A DNA stretch of 54,137 nt from a virus (IMGVR_UViG_3300020233_000010:1-54137); one strand, 5' to 3'; counted from the first letter of the stretch, positions 25,601-34,276 are shown. Notes: generated by a model from the letters alone, not told the origin. Program-made: numbers and translations.

Positions 25601-27701
25601 ATATTGGGTGAAGGCTTTAGAGTTTGTAATTAAAAGATCATCAGCAGGATTATTTCTTGCTCCAGGAAAAGGTAAGACATCAATAATTTTAACTATGCTT
25701 GAAATATTGATAGCTAAAAAGATATCAAAGAACATGTTGGTGGTGGCCAAGTCAAGAATTATTTATAACGTGTGGCCAAAAGAAATAAAGAAGTGGGGAT
25801 TTGATCTTAGTCATACTATTCTGCATGGAGTACAGAAAGATAAGAACTTTCAAAAAGATGTAGATGTGTATCTAATAAATTATGAAGGGTTGTTATGGTT
25901 AGAAAAGAAAATGAAGGGGAAGTTGAAACATAAATTTGATATCCTAGTGTTGGACGAATCAAGTAAGATAAAGAATACGAAGTCAAAGCGTTTCAAAGTT
26001 GTAAGACGTATAGCCAAGTTATTTAATAAGAGATATATACTAACCGGCTCTCCCATACCTAACGGCTTAAAGGATATCTTTGCTCAAATTTTCGTATTAG
26101 ATTTAGGGGAAGCACTTGGTAAATTCAAGACGCAATTTCTTGTCGAGTATTTCTATCCAAGCGGATTTAAAGGTCACGACTGGAAGATAATTCCTGGAGC
26201 AGATAAGCTTATATACAAAAAGTTGAAAGGGCTTATTCTACGAATAGGAAAAGAGAAAGATGAGTTGCCGCCACTACATATAGTAGATAAGATAGTGCCG
26301 TTGCCAGTAGAAGCTCAGAAAATATACGATGAATTTGAAGAAGAATTTATTGTAGAATTAAAACAAGGATTGGTAATCGCTTCTAATGCTGGCGTAAGAA
26401 CTCAGAAGTTAAGGCAGATTACAAGCGGTAGTGTGTACGGTGAAGATAAGAAAGTAATAGAAATACATAATGAAAAGATTGAAGAACTTGAAGAAATAAT
26501 AGATGAGCTGCAAGGAAATCCATGCTTAGTGGCATATGAATTTAATCACGAACTTGATAGGTTGATGAAATCATTTCCTAAAGCAAAGCATATAGGAAAA
26601 GGTGTATCGCTTAAAGAAGGAATTAAGATAGAAGATGATTGGAATGCTGGTAAGATTCCTGTACTGTTCGGACAGATAAGTGCTATAGCGCATGGATTGA
26701 ACTTGCAAGAATCAGGACACCACCTTGTTATATTCAGTATGACATGGAACCTTGAAGATTATGAACAGTTGATACAAAGATTATGGAGGCAAGGTCAGAA
26801 GAACGAAGTTACTGTTATAAGATTATTAATGGAGGATACGATAGATGAGTTGATGGTTAAAGTAATAGATAAGAAAGATGCTGTACAAAAAGATTTACTT
26901 AATGCACTAGAAGAAATATATGGAGGAGAGATGGTTGCAAAGAAAAAGGATGTCAAGATGAAAGTTAACAAAGAAGTGATGGATGCTGTTAAGGAGTTTG
27001 CTAACAAATCTAAAATATCAATGCCGATCTTTGGTAAAGATAAGTTCGCTCCACAAGCTTTTTGTCTTGGGGTATTGGCAATTCTATCAAGATCTAGCCA
27101 TTCAGGTCTGCAAGATTTAATCTATAAACTAACAGGAAAGGAGGTGCTACATATAAACGAGTTGATACCGCTATATAAAAAAGCAGAGAAGGAAGTGCTT
27201 GAAGGAATGGCGGTAGAGAAAGATGATATAGGTAATCTGCATCCATGTGATGTTGCCGGTCTAAAGAAATATTCTGGTAGCAAAAAGGATGGTAAGATTA
27301 TAGACCCGAAAGAATACATTAACCAACCGGAGTACATGAACATGAATAAGAAGACTGACAATTCAAAATCCAAAATGTCTAGTAAGAAAAAGGTAGCGCC
27401 GAAGAAGAAAGCAGTAACGAAGACAGCGACGAAGAAGAAAGCAGTAACGAAGACAGCGACGAAGAAAGAAGAAACTTCTACAGCACTGGCTTACGATGCT
27501 AAGAAGAAAGTGACAGTTGGAAGCGGTGTTCCTATTATGCCAGCAAGGAAAGCTGTTCTTGGTATGATACCTACTGGTAAGAAAGGTATCGGCTACGGCA
27601 GCCTTGTATCTAAGATGATTGAAGCAGGAACTTCTCAGAAGAGAGCGGAGAATACTATTCGCGCTATGGCTGGTAAGAAGTTCATAGTTATCGGAGGATA
27701 G
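25530..27701 (+). CDS. SNF2-family helicase with a long Lys-rich C-terminal extension
   Basis: APGKGKT, INYEGL, LDESS, LTGSP, HGLNLQ, QLIQRLWRQGQ. True start is probably TTG at about 25587. Confidence 0.92.
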   Translation: MPPFGQTTSKKQKESTTEKLVPHKYWVKALEFVIKRSSAGLFLAPGKGKTSIILTMLEILIAKKISKNMLVVAKSRIIYNVWPKEIKKWGFDLSHTILHGVQKDKNFQKDVDVYLINYEGLLWLEKKMKGKLKHKFDILVLDESSKIKNTKSKRFKVVRRIAKLFNKRYILTGSPIPNGLKDIFAQIFVLDLGEALGKFKTQFLVEYFYPSGFKGHDWKIIPGADKLIYKKLKGLILRIGKEKDELPPLHIVDKIVPLPVEAQKIYDEFEEEFIVELKQGLVIASNAGVRTQKLRQITSGSVYGEDKKVIEIHNEKIEELEEIIDELQGNPCLVAYEFNHELDRLMKSFPKAKHIGKGVSLKEGIKIEDDWNAGKIPVLFGQISAIAHGLNLQESGHHLVIFSMTWNLEDYEQLIQRLWRQGQKNEVTVIRLLMEDTIDELMVKVIDKKDAVQKDLLNALEEIYGGEMVAKKKDVKMKVNKEVMDAVKEFANKSKISMPIFGKDKFAPQAFCLGVLAILSRSSHSGLQDLIYKLTGKEVLHINELIPLYKKAEKEVLEGMAVEKDDIGNLHPCDVAGLKKYSGSKKDGKIIDPKEYINQPEYMNMNKKTDNSKSKMSSKKKVAPKKKAVTKTATKKKAVTKTATKKEETSTALAYDAKKKVTVGSGVPIMPARKAVLGMIPTGKKGIGYGSLVSKMIEAGTSQKRAENTIRAMAGKKFIVIGG
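27401..27466 (+). repeat. 30-bp perfect tandem duplication encoding KKKAVTKTAT
   Basis: gaagaagaaagcagtaacgaagacagcgac twice, plus a partial copy. Confidence 0.95.
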
Positions 27702-27702
27702 C

Positions 27703-28599
27703 ATGATCGAAAGAAATTTAGATACGTTTCTGTACTGGATAAAGGAACGGCATTCTATATTTCTTAAGAAGGAATCAGGTAGGGTTGCGCCATGGACGGC
27801 CGACCCGATCCTTCAGGAATATAAGTTTACCAATCCATTCAGACAAAACGACAGGGTTACAAGGGAGCTTGCCAGTAGACTGACAGGATATGTTCATGAA
27901 GATGCTATCTTTAATGCAATAATAATATTCAGAATGTTCAATCTTGACTCTACTTATGGGAAGCTGTACGCCAGCAATCTTACAAATAAATGGAGTACTG
28001 CAAAAGCAAAGAAGATATTGCATAAAAGAAAAGAACAGGGTCATAAAGTTTTTACTGGAGCATACATAATAACGAACAGTGGAAGTACTAGATCAAAGAT
28101 AGATTTAGTATGTGAAGCTGTAGGCAGTATTCTGAAAGATACAGATTCTATTGTAAAAGACATTAAAGAATCTAACTCTCTTGAATATGCGTGTTCTGTA
28201 TTGGAAAGGTATCTTATGGTTGGTAAGTTTATATCTTACGAATTAGTCACTGACCTACGACATACTCATATCCTTCACAACGCCAAAGATATTTATACAT
28301 GGGCTAATCCTGGACCTGGATGTAAGCGCGGAATCCATCGTATTCTATTTGACACAGTGCGTGGCGACTTGCCGAGAGGACTGGTATTGAATAATGTTAA
28401 GGTGTGTGTTGACTACCAAGAAGAAATGAAAAAGCTGCTTAAGATAGTGCAAAAGAAATTAGGAAAGCTTAAGAACTTTCAGAAGACTGTATTTGAAATG
28501 CGTGACATAGAGCATAGCTTATGCGAATTTGATAAGTACATGCGTGTTAAGAATGGTGAAGGCAGACCACGAAGTAAATACCCAGGAGGTAAGAGATGA
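27703..28599 (+). CDS. aGPT-Pplase1 / 5-hmdU DNA kinase helical-domain-like protein, stand-alone
   Basis: ERH.I...PWT.DPIL..YKFTN.FR..DR, FR.FN, FTGAYII, F.SYE...DL, GPG..RG..R, IEH.LCEFDKY.R. Confidence 0.88.
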   Translation: MIERNLDTFLYWIKERHSIFLKKESGRVAPWTADPILQEYKFTNPFRQNDRVTRELASRLTGYVHEDAIFNAIIIFRMFNLDSTYGKLYASNLTNKWSTAKAKKILHKRKEQGHKVFTGAYIITNSGSTRSKIDLVCEAVGSILKDTDSIVKDIKESNSLEYACSVLERYLMVGKFISYELVTDLRHTHILHNAKDIYTWANPGPGCKRGIHRILFDTVRGDLPRGLVLNNVKVCVDYQEEMKKLLKIVQKKLGKLKNFQKTVFEMRDIEHSLCEFDKYMRVKNGEGRPRSKYPGGKR

Positions 28600-29723
28600 A
28601 GATACTGATATGTCTTCCAGCTATACAAGATTACGGTGGTATTATAAATCATGCTGAACATCTTATTCATGGACTTAACTATATAGGGCATGATGTAGAT
28701 TTTGTAAAGATAGAAAATAAAGAAAAGATTACCAAGTCTTCAGTCTCAAGACCTCTATTCCATAATACTTTTTCTGGAATACCTCTTGATCAAAAAGTTG
28801 GATGGGCATTTCCACCAGAGAACAGAGTGCCGATTAGATCTGTAAATTGGAAGTCGTACACTTCTAAATATGATCTAGTTATTTGGGAGTTTCCAGCGCC
28901 ATCAAAAGGGTATGAAGATGTTATGGAGAAGATGTATAATATAAAAACTCCGCAGATAATGTTCGTACACGATGGCAACATGGAAAGGATGTACCCACGT
29001 ATAGCAAAGTTCAAAGATAAGTTTGAGTTCTTTGCTTGCGTTCATCCTTGCGCTCTTGGCAATGCAGAAGCTATGAGTATAGAAAATAGAAGACTGATAG
29101 TAAATCCCCAAGCTTTAGGAAGGCGTATGGTTAACTATACAGTGTACAGAAAAAGAGGAAGAACTGTATGCTCGTTTCAAACCTTTAAAGGTTGGAAGAG
29201 AGTAGATGAGTTTATCCGCGCTATACCAATGTTAAGTGCGAAGCATGTTACGGTAGGAGGAGGAGGAATAGAATATCATTACATGACCAGTAAGAACAAG
29301 CGCAAAGAAAAGTACGGTCGTATATGGGAACACGCCTGTTCAGCAGGAATGAAATACATTGGCTATGTTTCTGAGAGTGAAAGAGATGATGTATTAAAAT
29401 CTTCAAGACTACTTATTGACGCTTCTTGGTCTAAAAGATATTCTCAATATGGAAGTCATTTCAATCGTGTAATGGTTGATGCGATAATAAAAGGGTGCAT
29501 ACCTGTTCTACGAGATTTAGCTATGGTTGACAACGGAATATTCAAACCAGAAATAAACTACATTGAAATACCTTACGACTGCTCTACTGAAGAGTTCGCA
29601 GGTATAGTTGACAAAGCTCTTAGTATGAATTTTATTATGTGCAGAGACATGATAAAGTGGTCACAGAAAATAATTAAGAAAAAGTTTGATAGTAGAGTAG
29701 TAGCAAAAAGATTACTGGCATAG
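28596..29723 (+). CDS. GT-B fold glycosyltransferase, putatively DNA-modifying
   Basis: N-terminal strand plus GGIINHAEHL; FVHD; FKGWKRVD; C-terminal HFNRVMVDA..GCIPV resembling the GT4 E-x7-E region. Confidence 0.75.
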   Translation: MKILICLPAIQDYGGIINHAEHLIHGLNYIGHDVDFVKIENKEKITKSSVSRPLFHNTFSGIPLDQKVGWAFPPENRVPIRSVNWKSYTSKYDLVIWEFPAPSKGYEDVMEKMYNIKTPQIMFVHDGNMERMYPRIAKFKDKFEFFACVHPCALGNAEAMSIENRRLIVNPQALGRRMVNYTVYRKRGRTVCSFQTFKGWKRVDEFIRAIPMLSAKHVTVGGGGIEYHYMTSKNKRKEKYGRIWEHACSAGMKYIGYVSESERDDVLKSSRLLIDASWSKRYSQYGSHFNRVMVDAIIKGCIPVLRDLAMVDNGIFKPEINYIEIPYDCSTEEFAGIVDKALSMNFIMCRDMIKWSQKIIKKKFDSRVVAKRLLA

Positions 29724-29732
29724 GAGAATTGT

Positions 29733-30440
29733 ATGAGTCGCAAGATAGTAGTTTTTCCGAACAGAGAAAAAGGATACAGAGGAACAGCACGAAGATGGGG
29801 GGTGCGTGAAAGAGTTAGAAAAGAGATACGTCTTGTCCTTATCAATGGTACTGGAAGTAGTGGTACGAAATACATCAGTAAAGTTTTTCAAGCTATAGGT
29901 ATGGATATGCCGCACGAAAGAACAGGTGCAGACGGATCTGTTACGCACTACTTCCATACAGACCACGAATGGTATCCTATGTTTCCGTGGTATGAAGGAT
30001 GCGCTCATGTAGGAGAAAGAAGATCTGACTATATATTTGAAAATGAATTCCTTGCAGTAAGACATCCTTTGAAAGTTATAGCAAGTATGACGTCTTCATT
30101 TGATAGGATGGATTTTGAATTCTTAGAAGAGACAGGCGTTATAGAGTACGGTATAGAACCTAAGATACTAAGAGCTATGAATGCGTATTACTATGCTAAT
30201 GCTAAGATGGAGAAATCCTCTTCGTTCATATTTCAGTTGGAGACTATGGAGAAGTCGTGGTCTAAGATATGTAAGAAGTTAGGAATAGGTAAAGTTGACT
30301 TTCCTATTGTAAAGGTGCAGAATAGAAATACTGGATACAGAGCGCCCAAGGAAATACAGTGGGAAGACATTGAAAAGGTAGATTCAGATCTTACACTTAA
30401 GATAAAGAAAATGGCAAGGAGATATAAATATGAGGTATGA
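29733..30440 (+). CDS. P-loop sulfotransferase-fold protein
   Basis: 5'-PSB-like LINGTGSSGTKY, HE motif, 3'-PB-like VRHPLKVIAS, C-terminal A.RY.Y. Confidence 0.7.
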   Translation: MSRKIVVFPNREKGYRGTARRWGVRERVRKEIRLVLINGTGSSGTKYISKVFQAIGMDMPHERTGADGSVTHYFHTDHEWYPMFPWYEGCAHVGERRSDYIFENEFLAVRHPLKVIASMTSSFDRMDFEFLEETGVIEYGIEPKILRAMNAYYYANAKMEKSSSFIFQLETMEKSWSKICKKLGIGKVDFPIVKVQNRNTGYRAPKEIQWEDIEKVDSDLTLKIKKMARRYKYEV

Positions 30441-31389
30441 ACAGGAACCGCCTTTTTGTATACAGATGGAGATGACCGAAGGATGCAATCTCTATTGCGA
30501 TTTCTGTGGGCTACAGGGTATAAGAACCAAGAAAGAAAAGAACCTGAAGTTCTTAACTGTAAATCTTGCTGAAAAAATATCGTTGCAGATATCAAAGGCA
30601 GGATGGAATTCTAGAGTAGAATTTGCTATGCACGGAGAGCCTACTATGAATCCTAATGCAGCAGAAATAATAGAAGTGTTCAGAAAGAACATTCCTAAAG
30701 TTCATTTGATGATTACAAGTAACGGAGGAGGGTTGATAAAAGATTCTTACAATGCTATAGAAAAGCTATTTGATGCAGGACTTAATGTATTGGCTCTAGA
30801 CAGTTACGAGTATGTGAACATAGTACCCAAGATTTTAGGTAAGATAGAAAAAGAATGTGCATCATTTGAAACTCATTTCTATCCTGAAGAAAAGAACATA
30901 AGCCCTCATAACAGATATCCATTATCTGCAAGAAAATTAATAGTAGTTAAAGATATTTCTGTGGCTGATAAGGGGAATCATTCTAAACTGAATAATCATT
31001 GCGGAGCAGCAGCGCCGTTAGATTTCAGCGCATCTAATAAGAAGTGCGCCAAACCTTTTAGAGAAATAAGTGTACGATGGAATGGAGCTATATCTATATG
31101 CTGTAATGATTGGCGCGGCGAGTATAAGTGCGGCAACGTTTCAAAAGAGTCTATAGAAAAAATATGGAACGGAAAAGCTTTTTCTATAGCTAGGAAATTT
31201 CTATACAATGGTATGCGTGATTTTAGTCCTTGCCATGGATGTGATGCGACAAGTTATAGAATAGGATTGCTACCAGATAAGAAAGGAAAGTTTGATTTAC
31301 GAAAACCATCTTCTAAAGATAAGAAAGATGTGAAGGAGTTTACAAACGGTAGAGCATTTACTATTAAAGTAAAAAGGGAGTGGGAATAA
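30430..31389 (+). CDS. Radical SAM enzyme with SPASM/twitch domain
   Basis: CNLYCDFC, HGEP, TSNG; C-terminal CAKPF...CCNDW...GNV...C..C. Confidence 0.93.
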   Translation: MRYEQEPPFCIQMEMTEGCNLYCDFCGLQGIRTKKEKNLKFLTVNLAEKISLQISKAGWNSRVEFAMHGEPTMNPNAAEIIEVFRKNIPKVHLMITSNGGGLIKDSYNAIEKLFDAGLNVLALDSYEYVNIVPKILGKIEKECASFETHFYPEEKNISPHNRYPLSARKLIVVKDISVADKGNHSKLNNHCGAAAPLDFSASNKKCAKPFREISVRWNGAISICCNDWRGEYKCGNVSKESIEKIWNGKAFSIARKFLYNGMRDFSPCHGCDATSYRIGLLPDKKGKFDLRKPSSKDKKDVKEFTNGRAFTIKVKREWE

Positions 31390-32405
31390 TGAAGGTATTA
31401 AGTGTAAGGAATGTAAACTGTGCATACTATGAAGGTATGCAGTTATTGAAAGATGAGGGAAGGTTAATATCCCCAAGAGGTATGGATACGTTAGAAGTTC
31501 CTTGTCCTGTGGCTACTGTATATCAAAATCCTACAGAACGTGTTTGTATGATATCAGAACGAGACGCCAACCCATTCTTCCATCTGTTTGAAAGTATATG
31601 GATACTAGCAGGTAGAAGAGATGTTGAATGGCTTGCTCAATTCAATAGCAACATAGCTAACTTTAGTGACGACGGAGAGCTGTTCCATGCAGGATATGGA
31701 TACAGATTAAGGAAGCAGTTTGGAATGGATCAGATAGATGAGGCAATGGAAGTTCTAAAAGAAAGCGAAGATACGCGCCAAGCAGTATTGCAGATATGGA
31801 ATTGCATAACAGATTTGAATTGTGACAGTAAGGATATTCCGTGTAACGACATTATATTTTTAAAGATACGCGGCGGTCGTCTTAACATTACAGTCTGTTG
31901 TAGAAGCAACGATGTTATTTGGGGTGCGTATGGTGCAAACGTTGTGCAGTTTTCTATGCTGCAAGAATATATAGCTACTAAGCTCGGAATTGAAGTAGGG
32001 ACGTATACTCAGATATCAGATTCATTCCATGCGTATATTGAGAACCCTCAGTTTGAAACTATGATATTGTGGTCAAATGAAGTGGCGAAAATGAAAGCTG
32101 TTCCTGATCTATACAGAATGGTATATATACAGCCCTACCCGATTATGGACGTACCAGATAAATGGGATGAAGATGCTAAGATTTTTGTAGACCATAGCTT
32201 ATATGGAATACAGGATAATGCAGAATATAAGTTGTATAGAAATAAATGGTTCCGTAAAGTTGCCTGTCCAATGTTTCTATGTTGGAAGCAGCATAAGATT
32301 AACGGTACTGGATTATCTAAGACAAATCTTATACAAGCAACGGACTGGCGCAAAGCGGCGGAACAATGGTTTGCCAAAAGGGAGGACATAAAATGCAGTG
32401 GTTAA
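31389..32405 (+). CDS. Thymidylate synthase-family enzyme, probable dUMP hydroxymethyltransferase
   Basis: RDANPFFH, FSDDG, YG.R, TRQAV, KDIPCN, RSND..WGAYGAN (Asn suggests a dUMP substrate), S.HAY; TAATG overlap start. Confidence 0.88.
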   Translation: MKVLSVRNVNCAYYEGMQLLKDEGRLISPRGMDTLEVPCPVATVYQNPTERVCMISERDANPFFHLFESIWILAGRRDVEWLAQFNSNIANFSDDGELFHAGYGYRLRKQFGMDQIDEAMEVLKESEDTRQAVLQIWNCITDLNCDSKDIPCNDIIFLKIRGGRLNITVCCRSNDVIWGAYGANVVQFSMLQEYIATKLGIEVGTYTQISDSFHAYIENPQFETMILWSNEVAKMKAVPDLYRMVYIQPYPIMDVPDKWDEDAKIFVDHSLYGIQDNAEYKLYRNKWFRKVACPMFLCWKQHKINGTGLSKTNLIQATDWRKAAEQWFAKREDIKCSG

Positions 32406-32986
32406 AGACAGCAAGATTGGGTGGACAGGTGCAGAGATGCCATACGATTCCTACAGTTCAGAAACATCATTCGGTAGCGGAACATTCATTTAATTGCATA
32501 GTGATAGCTAACCATATATGCAATGAGCTTAATAGAATATATTTTATGGTTGATCTATCTCCTACAGCAGTGTGCTCCTATCTTTTAATACATGACATAC
32601 CAGAGTCATACACTGGAGATATTCCTGCAAATGTAAAAAAGGACTGTACAGCCATTAAGGAGAATCTTTATTTACTTGAAGAAATATGGATGAAAGAAAA
32701 TATACCAGAATATGCTTCGCAGTACACCACTATGACACCTTTAGAAAAGGAAGTTGCATCGTTGGCAGATTCGTTGGAGTTTGTAATGTTCTGTACAGAT
32801 GATTTTGAAATGGGGAATAGATCTCCTGTATTCTTGGAAGCATACAGACGTGGTTGTGAGTATGCAGAATCGAAGTCTGAAATAAAAGAACTGTTGTTAA
32901 CTTCGGAAATAGCAAAAAAGATAACGGAAAGGGCGCGTTACTTAATGCTTTCTATTGGGTGGATACATCAAGGAGCAGAGAAATGA
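32393..32986 (+). CDS. HD-domain 5'-deoxynucleotidase (YfbR-like)
   Basis: V.R.H...SVAEHSF, HDIPE.YTGDIP..VK, ADSLE; GGAGG RBS before ATG 32393. Confidence 0.88.
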   Translation: MQWLKTARLGGQVQRCHTIPTVQKHHSVAEHSFNCIVIANHICNELNRIYFMVDLSPTAVCSYLLIHDIPESYTGDIPANVKKDCTAIKENLYLLEEIWMKENIPEYASQYTTMTPLEKEVASLADSLEFVMFCTDDFEMGNRSPVFLEAYRRGCEYAESKSEIKELLLTSEIAKKITERARYLMLSIGWIHQGAEK

Positions 32987-33357
32987 ATTTAAAAAGAGCA
33001 ACTGCATGGCAGAGTATAGCAAATAGTGATGTACTGTCTTTATCAGAATCAGAAAAGAACTACGGATCAAGTTGGAAGAAGCGCGGTGGTGTAGATAGCT
33101 TTATGATGTTAGCAAGGAAGTGGGATAGGTTGGAATTGCAATGTAAGAAAGAGGATTGGAACATACTTGAAGCAACTATTAAAGATGGAAGGGAAGAAGG
33201 GTTGCTTGATGACATTGGAGATTTACGAAGATACTTGCTACTGGTAGAAGCGGAAGTTCGCCAGCGTATGTATGATGCAGCAGAAAAAGTAAAGAAAGAA
33301 AATATTGAAGTTACCAGAATAGGGGATGCAGAATCAAGCTACATAAACCAAGATTAG
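32983..33357 (+). CDS. DUF1599/Nmad1-like (MazG-like) nucleotide-modification-associated protein
   Basis: YG.SWKKRGG..FMMLARKWDRLE...DDIGDLRRYLLLVEAE; ATGA overlap start. Confidence 0.72.
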   Translation: MNLKRATAWQSIANSDVLSLSESEKNYGSSWKKRGGVDSFMMLARKWDRLELQCKKEDWNILEATIKDGREEGLLDDIGDLRRYLLLVEAEVRQRMYDAAEKVKKENIEVTRIGDAESSYINQD

Positions 33358-33361
33358 CAAA

Positions 33362-33705
33362 CCACTATGCAGCCATACAGGCAATACCCACACAGTTTAG
33401 TAGGTTATTAATGCCAGCCCTGTGCGCGTGTAATGCCCTGTACGGCTGTATGCTTTGCCACGTTTTACCCCAACGTGCCGCTACGGGCTTAGAGATTAGC
33501 CTAGCAAGCAATACAAGCGCCCTATACGCTACCGCTTGCACACCTATGGCTAGGCGGCGCTTGCAAGCGGCTTTTTGCCCTGTACATGGCCGCTTAACTG
33601 GTATGGCAAATTGCTTGCCGTACACGCCACCATACGACCGCTGATTACACCCACAACCCCTCCCACACTGGCAACCCGTTCCAGTGCCTAGTTACCAACC
33701 CACCT
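33362..33705. other. GC-rich, inverted-repeat-dense intergenic region where the two transcription arms converge
   Basis: At least six inverted-repeat pairs (see findings); no convincing ORF. Confidence 0.6.
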
Positions 33706-33718
33706 AGAATTCAAAATA

Positions 33719-33919
33719 CTACTTACCTGTTTTTTCCTTAAAGATTTTATCCCACTCAGTTTTGAGCAAGTCAGTCTTTCCACGAAGTTCTTCCATCTCT
33801 GCATCGGTAGGTTCCGTCCTTCCGTCAGCAGCCATCTCTTGTTGCAACTGGTTAACCCGCATCATTACAGTTAACGCTGTTGCGCTCATGTCTAAAAGCA
33901 ATAACGCATTTGCACCCAT
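33719..33919 (-). CDS. Hypothetical protein, last gene of the lysis cassette
   Basis: GGAGG RBS; abuts the lipoprotein stop. Confidence 0.65.
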   Translation of the reverse strand: MGANALLLLDMSATALTVMMRVNQLQQEMAADGRTEPTDAEMEELRGKTDLLKTEWDKIFKEKTGK

Positions 33920-34276
33920 CTACTTACCCTCCGCTTCTGTCAATACAAATTGTATCGCTGTGATAATGCTAAGAGCAGTAGACAAATTACTGTCATAGTC
34001 AGAAACATTATTAAGTTTCTTGGCTGTAGCCACTGCACTTCTCGCCACTTCAACATCTTCAAATAAACTATCAAGCTTTTTCATTTGCGAATCTGACAGT
34101 CTATTTTGCTTAGCCATGTTTGTAGCAGTGATGAGAATTTCTTGGTAAGCAATCTCAAACTTCTGTTCAGGATTATTGAAAGTTCCCAAACTAGCACAAG
34201 AGGCAAGGCCAAGAACAGCAACAACAAGAAACATAGTTTGTACATATGCAAGTCTCAATCTAATTGTGTTCTTCAT
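33920..34276 (-). CDS. Lipoprotein, possibly spanin-related
   Basis: Hydrophobic signal with LGLASC lipobox; helical body. Confidence 0.7.
   Translation of the reverse strand: MKNTIRLRLAYVQTMFLVVAVLGLASCASLGTFNNPEQKFEIAYQEILITATNMAKQNRLSDSQMKKLDSLFEDVEVARSAVATAKKLNNVSDYDSNLSTALSIITAIQFVLTEAEGK

Noticed and set aside
30430-31389. Radical SAM enzyme as QueE of a 7-deazaguanine pathway
   Set aside because: No FolE, QueC, QueD or DpdA recognised, and the protein has a SPASM-type extension.
32393-32986. HD hydrolase as DatZ of a 2-aminoadenine (Z) genome
   Set aside because: No PurZ or adenylosuccinate-synthetase homolog is visible; the context points to thymidine modification.
33365-33644. ORFs 33365..33625 (-) and 33411..33644 (+)
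   Set aside because: Atypical composition, no RBS, and they overlap the inverted-repeat region; more likely non-coding.
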